Shown in pieces: positions 10,608-22,600 of a DNA stretch of 64,000 nucleotides (the stretch's first letter is position 1; each line of letters begins with the position of its first letter). Made by a program: the position numbers and the translations under genes. This DNA is from Myxococcota bacterium (GTDB lineage: Bacteria; Myxococcota_A; SURF-8; G963663525), in contig CAXXVK010000053.1 in the NCBI GenBank assembly GCA_963676915.2, forward strand, positions 32,001 to 96,000, given 5' to 3'. Below the pieces are notes generated by a model. The model did no database searches and was not told the origin of the DNA. It saw nothing but the letters and a program-made list of their open reading frames with translations.

Positions 10608-11807
10608 TCAGTCTTCCGCTGTTTCTTTGACCTCTTCCTGATCCCAGAAGAAATACGGGTTTTCACGCGGATGGGCGACCATCTGCGGGATGGGCTCGAC
10701 ATCAAGGGCTTTGATGAAGGCCGGCATACCCAAGCGGTTGATCAACTCACCCAGACGTTCGCGGTTTTTGCCGTTTTCATCCCACCAGTCCCAGATTTCC
10801 TCGACGAGTTCTTTGAATTCGTCGTACGGCGGCTCCATTTTCATGAAGGGCACCAGCACGTGGGACAGCAGCGCACCATGAACGATCGGAGCTTTGGCGC
10901 CGACGAGAATCGTCGCACCTTTGTCCACACCGGGGCGCAGGGCTTTGGGCATCATCGAAATGCAATGCATGCAACGTGTGCAATCTTCGTTTTCGATGGT
11001 CAGTTTTTTGTTGTCTTTGTCGTAGCGGACGCAACGAGCGGGGCAGAGCATCACGACTTCTTCCATGATGTCCAGACCGGCTTCATCGTACTTGGCCACT
11101 TCGGCGTCGTCGATGCGGATTTCGTCACGCCAGGTTCCGATTACCGAGCAGTCGGCGCGGGCGATGGCGGCCACGCAGTCGTTCGGGCAACCGGAGATTT
11201 TGATTTTGCTCTTGTACGGCCACATCGGGCGGTGCAGTTCGTCCTGATACGTGTGGGTCAGATCGTGGCACAGGCCCATGGTGTCGATGCAGGACCATTC
11301 GCAACGCGCTTCACCGCAGCAGCAGCTCGGAGTACGCAGAGCGGAACCGGAGCCACCCAAGTCCCAACCTTTTTCCGACAGTTCGTCGAAGCAGGGTTGC
11401 AGGTTTTCGGTGACGGTGCCGAGCAGAATGATGTCGCCGGTGGAACCGTGCATGTTGGTCAGTCCGCTGCCCCATTTATCCCAAAGGTCGCAGAGTTCAC
11501 GCAACGCTTCGGTCGAGTAGAACCAACCGGAGGGATGGTTGACGCGCATGGTATGGAAGTGCGCGATTTCCGGAACCTCTTCGGGAATGTCGGTATAGCG
11601 GCCGATAACGCCTCCGCCATATCCGGTAACGCCGACGATACCGCCGTGTTTCCAGTGACCGACATTGTCTTCATAGGACCGCTCAAGCTGCTTCAGCAGC
11701 GCCTTGGCCATCGGGCTTTTCTCACCGGCGCGTTTAATGTCGGTAATAAAGCTTGGCCATGGTCCCTTTTCGAGTTCCTCGATCAAGGGATACTGGGTGT
11801 CTGCCAT
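10608..11807 (-). CDS. dsrA: Dissimilatory sulfite reductase alpha subunit (399 aa)
   Basis: [68 protein letters not shown]; start at MADTQ after an AAAGGA RBS. Confidence 0.99.
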   Translation of the reverse strand: MADTQYPLIEELEKGPWPSFITDIKRAGEKSPMAKALLKQLERSYEDNVGHWKHGGIVGVTGYGGGVIGRYTDIPEEVPEIAHFHTMRVNHPSGWFYSTEALRELCDLWDKWGSGLTNMHGSTGDIILLGTVTENLQPCFDELSEKGWDLGGSGSALRTPSCCCGEARCEWSCIDTMGLCHDLTHTYQDELHRPMWPYKSKIKISGCPNDCVAAIARADCSVIGTWRDEIRIDDAEVAKYDEAGLDIMEEVVMLCPARCVRYDKDNKKLTIENEDCTRCMHCISMMPKALRPGVDKGATILVGAKAPIVHGALLSHVLVPFMKMEPPYDEFKELVEEIWDWWDENGKNRERLGELINRLGMPAFIKALDVEPIPQMVAHPRENPYFFWDQEEVKETAED

Positions 11808-12028
11808 GTTATTTCCTTTCTGTGTAAAAAAGTTAGGAAACACCGTGTCTCAATACGAAAAAACACCTGAACGGCCTGAAATCACTTCATCAAAGCCACC
11901 AGGCAACATAGATCGTGCAGTCGCGGTCGGTTGGGTTCTTTGTTTAAATAGGCCCGGAATCCTTGCATGGCAAGGTTCGTCGAAAACAAACCACTTCCGA
12001 AATCCAAACGTACTCACCGACTCAGAAT

Positions 12029-12048
12029 ATGAATGAACTCTCATTCAT
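12029..12048. promoter_or_regulatory. Perfect palindromic operator upstream of dsrA (TetR/FadR-YsiA-like box)
   Basis: ATGAATGA-ACTC-TCATTCAT, located just downstream of a putative minus-strand sigma70 promoter. Confidence 0.7.
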
Positions 12049-12056
12049 GGGCGATT

Positions 12057-12085
12057 TATTTACCTATTTCATGTCTTTTTGTCAA
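12057..12085 (-). promoter_or_regulatory. Putative sigma70 promoter of the dsr operon
   Basis: Minus strand TTGACA-17 nt-TAAATA; -35 is perfect, -10 is imperfect. Confidence 0.5.
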
Positions 12086-12437
12086 GCAAACAGCCAAACA
12101 TTTTTCCCGCACGGAGAGTTCAAAGTAGCTGGAATTATTAAGGTAACCTAACTAATAAAGCAATAAGTCTCGATTCACCTGTGTTTCCAATCGGATTAAA
12201 CATTCCTAACTTTGAATGGCAGCCTTTGAAGTTATATTTTCCGCCCTAAAAGTTGTTCGGCATACCATAACTTCGAAAGGACCACGAACCCGCCCTGCCC
12301 GTGGCAAATGAACAGTTGTAAATCGAAAAAGATGTCTTGTAGTTTCTTTTTGGGTCTTTTTCAAGAAACCGAAGCACGTAAATCGATCCGTCAACCAGGA
12401 AAGGAAAACCTCACACCTTTTCTGTCAATTTCCGATT

Positions 12438-14135
12438 CTACATTTCTTCGGGAGCAGGCAAACCAAGGATCGCCAGCCCACTCGATAATGTATTGGCCGT
12501 GGCAGTCACCAGAGCGAGGCGTGCAAGGCGTAGATCGGGGTCTTCTTCGAGAAATACGTACCCCTTCTCCTTCATGTTCCATAACCGCCCAAACGCTTTG
12601 GCCGTTTCGATCAACATTCGCGCCAATTTGCTCGGATCGTATTTCGTTGCCGATTCTTCAATCGTTTCGGGAAACGCACCGATCAGCTTAAGAAGATTTT
12701 TCTCTTCGGGAAGATCCAGTCGGGACGGATCGAAGCCATTCAGGTCGGGTTGTCCGGCCTTGCGCAGCACCGAGCGACATCGAGCATGGGTGTATTGGAC
12801 GTAAACTCCCGTTTCTCCTTGGAAATTCAGAATTCGGCCCCAATCGAACGTTACATCGTTCATTCGCCAGTTGACCAGATCGCCGAAAATCACCGCACCG
12901 ACACCCACCTGCTCGGCCACTTTATCGGCATCGGGCAAATCGGGGTTTTTCTCGGCAATGGCCTTTCGGCTCAGTTCCATGACTTCATCGAGCACGTCGT
13001 CCAGAAAAACCACCTGCCCTTTTCGTGTGCTCATTCCTTTGAGCCATCCGAACGGCACATGCACCAGACGCTCCGCCCAGTCGAACCCCATTTTTTCCAG
13101 CACGGCGAAAAACTGTTTGCAGTGCAACGACTGCTGCGCCCCGATGACGTACAAAGACAGATCGTAGGAAAAACGCTCGAAGCGGTCGATAGCCGCCGCG
13201 ATATCCCGCGTGGCGTAGAGGGTCGCACCGTCGGATTTCTTCAATAAAACCGGCTGGATATCGAGATCGTCCAAGCGTACGATCGTCGCACCCTCGCTGA
13301 TTTCGGTCCCCACTTTCCGCTCGACCTCTTCCACCACATCGTCCAGTTTGTCGTTGTAGTAGCTTTCGCCGTCCCAGGTATCGAAACGAATTCCCAAACG
13401 TCCATACAACCTGTTGAATTCGTTCAAACTTTCGTCACGAAAACGTTTCCACAACGCCAACGCTTCGGCATCGCCCTGCTCCATTTTCAAAAAGAGCGAT
13501 CGGGCTTCGGCATCCAACGACGGATCATCCTCGGCTTCTCTGGTATACCGCACATACAATTCCAGCAGGTGCTTGATGCGCTCCTGCTCCAGCTTGCGTT
13601 CGTCTCCCCACTTCAGAAACGCCACCGCCAGTTTACCGAACTGCGTTCCCCAGTCTCCCAGATGGTTGATACGTACCGTACGCCAGCCCAACGCTTCGTA
13701 TAAATTGGCCAGAGCATTGCCGATCGATGTGGACCGTAAATGGTGAAACGCCAATGGTTTCGCGATGTTAGGTGAAGAAAAATCGATGGTGACGGTCTTC
13801 TCGGCAGGGGTTTCGCTCCATCCCCATTTTTCCCCACGGCTCACCGCCTCGGGCAGTACCTGTTTCGAGAGCCAGGCCGCGTCGAACGTGAAATTCAGAA
13901 ACGGTCCCTTGGCTTCGACGTTCGCGAAACGCTCTTCCCCGGCGAACTTTTCGGCCAGTTCCTCGGCGAGTTCCTTGGGATTGCGTTTCATTTGCTTGGC
14001 GAAAACAAAACACGGCAGCGCAAGATCCCCACGCTCGCCGCCTTCTTCGTTTTTAATCAAAGACGAAATATCCAAGCCGGAAACGTCTAATGTTTCACCG
14101 ACGATCCGGGCGATTGCTTCACGATAGTCTTTCAT
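12438..14135 (-). CDS. argS: Arginine--tRNA ligase
   Basis: GDLALPCF, DFSSPNIAKPLAFHHLRST, NHLGDWGTQFG, KSDGATLYATRDIA, MSTRKG, GETGVYVQYTHAR, GLPAPEEM. Confidence 0.97.
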   Translation of the reverse strand: MKDYREAIARIVGETLDVSGLDISSLIKNEEGGERGDLALPCFVFAKQMKRNPKELAEELAEKFAGEERFANVEAKGPFLNFTFDAAWLSKQVLPEAVSRGEKWGWSETPAEKTVTIDFSSPNIAKPLAFHHLRSTSIGNALANLYEALGWRTVRINHLGDWGTQFGKLAVAFLKWGDERKLEQERIKHLLELYVRYTREAEDDPSLDAEARSLFLKMEQGDAEALALWKRFRDESLNEFNRLYGRLGIRFDTWDGESYYNDKLDDVVEEVERKVGTEISEGATIVRLDDLDIQPVLLKKSDGATLYATRDIAAAIDRFERFSYDLSLYVIGAQQSLHCKQFFAVLEKMGFDWAERLVHVPFGWLKGMSTRKGQVVFLDDVLDEVMELSRKAIAEKNPDLPDADKVAEQVGVGAVIFGDLVNWRMNDVTFDWGRILNFQGETGVYVQYTHARCRSVLRKAGQPDLNGFDPSRLDLPEEKNLLKLIGAFPETIEESATKYDPSKLARMLIETAKAFGRLWNMKEKGYVFLEEDPDLRLARLALVTATANTLSSGLAILGLPAPEEM

Positions 14136-14293
14136 AATCCTGCCTTTTGGGTTCCAAAGTTCACGAGCAGACCCGAATCTACGGACGTTGTTCCATTTTT
14201 GCAACGGAATTTTGAATCTCGCGGTTGATCCATTCAACAAATGAGGTACAATGATAAGATGATTCAATCGAAAAATGTTTTTGCAGGTGAACC

Positions 14294-15103
14294 ATGAACG
14301 CTGCCAAACTTTTGCAACTCATCGTGTTTTTGATGCTTTTTTCTTTGAATAGCACCGCTATTTCGGGCTGCGGCGATTCTTCTGAAAAAAACGTCTCTCC
14401 TGCGGACGAAGATATCGAAGCAGGGGAAGCCGAACGACCGGAAGACCTGCCCATCGAGGCGTACGATTACTGCCACGCCCTGAACCTCGAACAATGCCAA
14501 TGCAGCCAGTACAGCGATTTCACCTGCAAACAACTGCGCGTCGAACAACTCGAGCGACTCGACACCTGCACCGCAGAAGACCATGAAGCCATGCTGGATG
14601 CCTGCAAAGCCCATTGGAAAAGCTTGGAAAACGCCGATAGCGTCTGCCAAAAACCCGAAATGGAAGAATGCGATCTTTCCGGTCAATGTGGAGAAGGTTA
14701 CTACTGCTGGCGCGGACTGTGCCGTTTCAATCGAAACTATGTCTGCCCGGTGGAAAGTTGCATGGATGACCAAAGCTGCATCTCCCTGCTCGACAGCAAT
14801 GGCTATCGAACAGGTCTGGGCGTTTGCTCGGTCACTTGCTCGACTCGGTGCGAATGCGCTTCGCACGAACGTTGCGTCGATCTCGGCGACGGACGGTCGT
14901 TTTGCGGTGCCCGCTGCACCGAAAACGACGATTGCCCGGACAATCAGCTTTGCATGACTCTGGGAGAATGGCAGGTCTGCTTCGCGAAATACTGCGATCC
15001 CCATGGTGTCTATGATTGGAATGTATCCGAACAACGCCTGGAATGTATCTGTTTCGATGGCTGGTATTGGAACAACGAACAGGAAAAATGCATCGAGAAA
15101 TAG
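14294..15103 (+). CDS. Cys-rich lipoprotein (EGF/Dickkopf-like repeats)
   Basis: Signal peptide with ISGC lipobox, acidic linker, more than 25 Cys in CxxxxxC repeats. Confidence 0.75.
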   Translation: MNAAKLLQLIVFLMLFSLNSTAISGCGDSSEKNVSPADEDIEAGEAERPEDLPIEAYDYCHALNLEQCQCSQYSDFTCKQLRVEQLERLDTCTAEDHEAMLDACKAHWKSLENADSVCQKPEMEECDLSGQCGEGYYCWRGLCRFNRNYVCPVESCMDDQSCISLLDSNGYRTGLGVCSVTCSTRCECASHERCVDLGDGRSFCGARCTENDDCPDNQLCMTLGEWQVCFAKYCDPHGVYDWNVSEQRLECICFDGWYWNNEQEKCIEK

Positions 15104-15421
15104 GGATCGACCAGTAAAACTTCAATTATTAGTTTCTTGTTTGTTCTCCTTCTTTCAAAAACTACCTGATAAGTGGTATAATTGTAGGTGTTGGGGAATG
15201 CTTTGCATGTCGGAAGTTATCCCGCACATCGATTTGTATTGTTCAAGGGGCCTTACAACCAACATACAAATATTTTCCTCATTTCCGGTCGATAATCGAT
15301 CGGTTAAAGGGATTTCACTCCATTTTAGAAGGGGGTAGCCGATATCAATAGGTAAGGAAAAACAATAGTTTCCTGGCGAACGTGAAGGAACAACACTACG
15401 GATAATAGCGAAAGATCTCGG

Positions 15422-18400
15422 ATGGACAAACGGTTCGTATTCAAAGAACTTGTCGATATTTCGAAACTCGAAGCGACATTGCAAAAATTCTCGCGAGCCA
15501 CGGGGTTTACGACGGGTCTGGTTTCCTACCCTGAACAGGAATTGCTGATCGCCACCGGCTGGAGGGATATCTGCACGAAATTTCACCGAGTTCATCCCGA
15601 TTCGAGTCAACATTGCAAAGGTTCGAATCTTTTTCTTACCTCGAAACTTCGAAAACAGGAAAAATGGAACATCTGCCTGTGTGAGAACGGGTTGATCGGT
15701 GCCGCCACTCCGATCCTGCTCGACGGCCAACACGTCGCAAGCCTGTTCACCGGACAGATTTTTCTAACCCCACCAGACCCCGAGCGTTTTAGACAACAAG
15801 CCCTTCAATTCGGCTTCGATGTGGACTCTTATCTCGAAGCTGTGAAGGCTGTGCCGATCGTCTCGGAAGATCAATTGAAAACCTGCCTGGATTTTCTCGG
15901 TTCACTTGCCGTGATGATTGCCGAACAAGGCATCAATGAAATGCGCCTGAAGCATAATGGTGAACGGTTGGAAAACCTTCTCGAAAAACATCTGCGAATT
16001 CAAAAAGAACTGGAAGAGGAAAAAACGAACCTGCGGATCACACTCCATTCCATCGGAGACGGCGTGATTTCGACGGACATCAAAGGCCGCATCACGCGAA
16101 TCAACTCCATCGCCACCGAATATACCGGTTGGAGTGAGAAAGAAGCCATCGGACAGCCGTTGGACAACGTGTTTCGTATTTTTCATTCCACAAACCGTTC
16201 TCCCTGCAACAACCTTGTGGATGAAGTGCTTTCCGGTGACCCTATTGTTGAACAGGATCGCCACGCGATTTTGATTTCGAAAAACGGCGACGAATACCGA
16301 ATCGCCGATTCGGCAGCGCCAATTCGAGACAACACAGGAACTACCACCGGTGTCGTTCTGGTTTTTCGCGATATTTCGGAAGAATACAGAATTCGGGACG
16401 ACCTCGTGCAGGAACGAGATTTTTCCAATAGTATCGTGAAAAATACGGCAACGTTCATCGCTTCCATCGCCCCCGACGGAATGACACGTTTCATCAACCC
16501 GGCTGGAGAAGCGATTAGTGGGTACTCGGCGGATGAAGTCCTTGGGGAAAACTGGTGGTCGATCTTCTACCCAGGAGAACAGTTTCATCAGGTTGAAAAA
16601 CTTCTCGAAAATTTCCAAGACAATGAAATCCGCAATTACGAAATGACCTTGACAACGAAATCAGGAGAGCATCGTATTCTTTCCTGGAATTCGCATAAAC
16701 GTTTCGACGCCCAAGGCCGCCTGACCGAAATCATCGGCTTGGGAACCGACATCACCGAACGCAAACGAACCGAAAATGCCCTGGAAAAACGGATTGTTGC
16801 ACTGACTCAACCGTTGGACGATACCTCTGCCATCACGTTCGAAGATCTGTTCAATATCGATGAAATTCAGAAATTGCAGGATGAATTTTCCACGGCAACC
16901 GGAGTTGCCTCGATCATCACCCACACGGACGGCAATCCCATCACGAAACCCAGCAATTTCTGTAGGCTTTGCGATGATATTATCCGCGAAACCGAAAAAG
17001 GTTGTGCCAACTGCTATCACTCCGACGCTGTCCTGGGCCGGTTCAACGAAAACGGCCCCATCGTGCAACCCTGCCTCAGTGGGGGACTGTGGGACGCCGG
17101 AGCCAGCATTTCCGTAGGTGGCAAGCATATCGCCAACTGGCTCATCGGCCAGGTCCGCGATGAAACGCAAAGCGAAGAAAACATGCTTCGGTATGCTCGT
17201 GAAATCGGAGCCGACGAGAAGGAGTTTCTTGAAGCTTTTCGAGAAGTTCCGGAAATGTCCCAAGAAAAATTCGAAAAAATCTCTCAGTTTCTGTTTACAC
17301 TCGCGAATCAGCTTTCAACCGCCGCTTATCAGAACGTCCAGCAATCCCGCTCCATTACGAAGCAAAAACAGGCCGAAACCGCTCTTCAACGACAAGGCAA
17401 CCTGGAAAAACTGATCTCGGAAATTTCCACCCGGTTCATTAATTTGCCCGTCGATGCCATTGACGAAAACATCGAAACCGCATTGCAGCAAATTTGTCGT
17501 TTTGTCCAAGTCGATGCAGGATACCTGTTTGAATTCGACGGCAACAAGCAATACCTTCAAATGACACATCTATGGCAGTCGAATAAAGTTTCCATCGATA
17601 AAAACGCCTTGCAGAAACGAGATATCAACTATCCAACATGGTGGAATAAAAAAATCTTTTCCGAGAAAAAAATCCGTGTCTACTCGGTATCGGAACTGCC
17701 GGACGAAAAGGAAAAAGGCTATATTTTACCTTCCGGCGTGAATTCCATTTTCGAAATCGCCCTCACGACGAAAGGACGCAACACCGCCGTAATGGGGTTT
17801 GCCTCGCACGAGGACAAACGAAACTGGACGGACGAAGAAGGCAATCTGCTGAATATGGCCGGCCAGGTGTTCGTCAACGGGCTGATGCGTCAACGGAGCG
17901 AGCGAGAACGCCAAAATCACACCGCTTTTTTACAGCATCTCGACAATTTCGATACAGCTATCCGCAATAAAACCAGACTCGAAGACGTGCTTCGAAGCGC
18001 TCTCGAATGCATTCGTGAGATTTTCGACTCGGACCGAGCGTATGTGTGCTACCCGGTCGATCCTCATTCCGACCATTATTTCGTTCCGATGTTGTCTGCG
18101 AAAAAGGAATATTTAGTAAATGGACTCGATTCCACTCCATTGCCGATCAATTCCGATGTCCGCAGAAGCTTTTCCAAAGCCTATGATCGCTCCCAAGCCT
18201 CACGCAATAACTGTCGCGGATGAGGATATGCATCCCAAATACCTCACGGATGAATACTTCGTACAATCCCAACTTTTTATGGCCATGTTTCCGACGGTGG
18301 ATCGTCCCTGGCTCCTCGGATTGCACCAATGCACCCACCCTCGCGAATGGTCGAAAAACGAGCAGCGACTGTTTCAGGAAATCGCTCGCCGTTTTCAGGA

Positions 18401-19596
18401 TTCCTTGAATTCTTCACTGATTTTGCAGAAACCTGCAAAACAATCAACGTTGGTTGTTTACGACCCTTTCCAGCGTAGCGGACCCCGTACTTACCACCAA
18501 TTCCGACGGGGAAATCATTTTTATGAACGAAGCGGCAAGAGCTTTTTCGGGTCGAACCTTTTCCCCCATCGACAAATGGAACCTCGTCAACCTTCAGGAA
18601 GCCCAAGGCCTGTGCTTAAACGACGTTCTGGATCTACGAGACATTTCGGGGCGTCCTTTGAGCAGCCCATTGACGGAATTGATCGAAAACAAGCACCGAG
18701 CCATATACGAAACGGAAGCACTTGCAAAGAATCATGAAGGAGAAGATCGTATCGTTATCCTCAGTGGTTCTCGTATACGGGATAACAACAACCAAATTAT
18801 CGGAATGGTTTTGGTTCTCCGGGACGTCACCGAACATCGATCCCAGGAAGCCTCTTTGCGCCACCAACAGAAGCTGGAGGCTATCGGCACCCTTGCCGGA
18901 GGCGTAGCCCACGAAATCAACAATCCGATCGGCATCATCATGAATTACGCCCAATTGATGCTGGACGATCTCGAGCCTGACAGTCCAATGGCGCAAGATG
19001 CCACGATGATCGTTTCGGAAAGTCGCCGCATCGCCGAAATCGTTAAAAACCTGTTGTCGTTTTCTCGCCAGGATATGGAATCCCACTCTCCGGCCAATTT
19101 GAACGATATTCTTCACTCCACGCTAAACCTGACGAATAAAATTCTGAGTAAATTCAACATTGCATTGGAAGTGGAACTTCCGGATGAGATTCCAAAAATC
19201 AAATGCCGAAGTCAGCAGATCATGCAGGTGTTAATGAATTTGATCACCAACGCCAAGGATGCATTGAATGACAGGTATCCCCAAAGGCACGAAAACAAAC
19301 GAATTCGCATTCAGGTTTCATTCGTCGAAAAAGACGACGAAGCTTATTTAAGAACCTGCGTTCGCGATTGGGGAGGAGGCATCCCGAAATCCATCGAACA
19401 GAGAATTTTCGACCCGTTTTTCACATCCAAACAACCCAACCAAGGAACGGGACTGGGCTTGAGTGTAAGCCACGGAATCGTCAAGGATCATGGTGGAAAA
19501 CTTTGGTTCGAAAATCTTCCGGGTGAAGGCGTTCGATTTTTCATGGATCTTCCCATCGACAACGGCTGGGAACTCGACCCCAACCTTTCTGAGTAG
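15422..19596 (+). CDS. Large cytoplasmic sensor histidine kinase: PocR-PAS-PAS-PocR-GAF-GAF-PAS-HisKA-HATPase (two apparent frameshifts near 18170 and 18430)
   Basis: Two PocR-type domains ([10 protein letters not shown]...[10 protein letters not shown]...GQ; FCRLC...C..SD...[13 protein letters not shown]...IGQV). PAS repeats. Removing one A near 18430 joins '[20 protein letters not shown]' to [31 protein letters not shown]. Confidence 0.88.
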
Positions 19597-19610
19597 TTAC
19601 GGAGTTCATA

Positions 19611-22600
19611 ATGACCAACATCTTGATTGTTGACGACGAACACGGTTTTCGAACGACGTTATCCAGATTTATTGAAAAAGAAGGTCACAAAGCCTTTGTC
19701 GCTTCCGAATCGAAAGAAGCTTTCGATACATTGGCAACCCACGAAATCGACATCATTGTCAGCGATATCATCATGCCGGGTATCAGCGGTATCGAATTGA
19801 TGAAAAAAGTCCGGGAATTTTATCCAAATATCAAAATCGTGTTGATTACCGGAGAACCCACGCTGGAAGGCGCTACCGATGCCGTTCGCAATGGAGCTTT
19901 TGACTATTTGACGAAACCCGTATCAAGAGAAGCGTTTTGCAAGGCTATCAATACGGCAGCAAAAATCAAAAGACTCGAAGACCAGAATCGACATTTCCAA
20001 GCCAACCTCGAAAAGAAGGTCGCCGAAAGAACCGAACAACTTCGTCGGTATCAAGAACGACTCGTCACCATCGCACAAGATACTCGGGAGTTCATTTTCT
20101 GTGAAACCCCTGAAGAACTGGCCGTCAAAGTGCTTTTGTTGTTTTCGAAAAGTATGCAAGCCCAAGGGGGAAGTTTTTATCTGGCAGAAGAAGATCACCT
20201 GGAACTGATTCATGCTCTCGACCACGGACACCAAAGTTCGAAACTTCCCCTTCCACTGAAACGGTCTTCTGTACTGGCAACGATAGTAAAAAGTTGTAAA
20301 CCTCTGATTATCAACGACATTTCCACGGAAGAAACCTTGGAGCCTTCCGGTTGGGAAGGCTATCACAACGGATCTCTCATCAGCTTTCCCTGTGAAGACG
20401 GCAATGGCAAACTCTGGGCCGTTATCACGTTGCATGACAAAATCGACCCGCCGTTTACTCAAGACGATGTGGAACTCGGCCGCATCATCGTATCCCATAC
20501 CATCGAAGCTCTACGACAGATTGAACTGAAACGTGATTTAAGTGAATCGGAACGAAAATATCGCTTCCTGGTGGAAGGCGCACACGATGTCGTTTTCCAG
20601 GTTACTCCCGACGGCACCATGACGTATATCAGCCCAGCCGTCGAACGATTCGGTGGATACAAAGCTGAAGATGTTATCGGAAAAAATGGTTTTGATTTCA
20701 TATACTTGGATAGCCACAAAGAAATTGCCGCCAATGTAATGCTTCGTGCTATTGAGGAAAAAGAAACCTACCCTTTGGAAGTACTGTACAAACCTTACGA
20801 AGGAAATCCTTTCTGGGTGGAAATCGTCGGAACTCCCGTTTTCGAAAACGGTGTCCCGATACTCATTCACAGCGTGATGCGGGATATTTCCGACCGCAAG
20901 CAACTGGAGGAAGCCTATCGCTCTCTCGCCGAAGAATCGATTCAGGGACTTTCAATCTTTCAGGACAACAAAGTCGTATACGTCAACCGTACGTTGACCG
21001 AATTTGTCGGATGGAGCGTGGAAGAAGCCATCGGACAACCTGTCGAGGAATTCGCCAACAAAATCCATCGTGAAGATCGTGGGCGCGTCATTCGCACTCA
21101 TGAAGCTCTCATTGAAGGGAAAGAAAAATCTTCCCGCGTGGAATATCGGATTATGCATCGCGACGGGAGTCCCCGCTGGATCGAATCCTTTGCTACCCGG
21201 ATTATTTTCAAAGGGCGCAAAGCGCTTCAAATCACGTATTACGAAATCACCGAACGGAAAGAAGCCGAGGAAAATCTTTCCCAACTGGTTGCGGCCATCG
21301 AAAACGCCGACGAGGAAATCGTTGTCACCGACCTCGAAGGAACCATCCAATTTGTCAACCCGGCCTTCGAACGCATCACGGGTTACTCGAAAGAAGAAGC
21401 GATCGGTCAAAATCCCCGCATCCTGAATAGTGGAAAACATACACCGGAATTCTATCAAGAACTTTGGGGAACCATTCTTGCCGGTAACATTTGGCGTGGC
21501 CGGTTCGTCAATCGCCGCAAAGATGGAAATCTGATTACGGAAGAATCCGTGATTTCACCTATCAAAAATTCGAAAGGAATTACCACCGGATACGTCTCGA
21601 TCAAACGTGACATCTCTCAGCAGATTTTGCTCGAAGAACAGTTCCGCCAAGCTCAGAAAATGGAAGCGCTTGGAACGCTTGCCGGGGGAATTGCTCACGA
21701 TTTCAACAATTTACTCAGCGTCATTCTGGGTAACATTCAAATTGTGATGATGGAGGACATCGACGAGGACAGTCAGATTTACAACGATCTCGACCTCGTG
21801 CTGCAAGCCGCCGAACGGGCCAAAGACCTCGTGCAACAGATTCTCGCTTTCAGCCGCCGCAGCAAAAAAGAACGGCGCGCCATCGAGATCACATCGTTGA
21901 TCAAGGAAACCGTCAAACTGTTGCGTGCCACGCTGCCATCCACCATCGAAATTCATCAGGATTTGCGGGCCTTGGGAGCAAAAGTCCTGGGCGATCCTAC
22001 GGAAATCCATCAGATCATCATGAATTTGAGCACCAACGCCGCTCACGCCATGGAAAAAAGCGGTGGCGTCCTGAGCATTCAATTGAGCCGACAAACCACG
22101 AAAAACAAAGATAATCACTCCGACGGAAATAACATCGAACTGGTGGTTTCCGATACCGGCAGCGGCATCGATCCGGCAATTATCGACAGGATCTTCGACC
22201 CGTTTTTCACGACCAAAGCCATCGGCAAAGGTACCGGACTCGGACTGGCCGCCGTTCACGGCATCGTGGAAAGCCTGGGGGGCAACATCCATGTAGAATC
22301 AGAAAAGGACAAAGGTACCGAAATCAGGATTCTTTTCCCGATGATCGAAGACCCCGAGGTGGAAACCGTCACCCGCAAAACATCGTTGGCCGCCGGACAT
22401 GAAAGCGTGCTGTTTGTCGATGACGAACAATCGATTCTTCATTTCGGAAAAAAACTGCTGTCTCGGCTTGGATACAAAGTGACTCTTGCCGCCGACGGAC
22501 AGGAAGCCCTGCGTATTTACAAAGAACGTCAGGAAGGGTTCGACCTGGTAATTTCCGATATGACCATGCCTATCCTTACAGGACTCGAATTGGCCAAAAA

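Noticed and set aside
9511-11870. Long plus-strand ORFs antisense to dsrAB (also opposite dsrK, dsrM, dsrP, the MFS gene and meaB)
   Set aside because: These are shadow ORFs caused by codon bias of the real genes and contain no protein motifs.
11850-12394. Short ORFs upstream of dsrA as a hidden dsrD
   Set aside because: They show no DsrD-like features (Lys-rich winged helix with WSSGST-type motif), lack an RBS, and overlap the promoter region.
18120-18460. Three separate ORFs at 15422, 18120 and 18454
   Set aside because: Domains continue across the frame changes (a GAF is split, and an extra A near 18430 is evident), so they are treated as one kinase.
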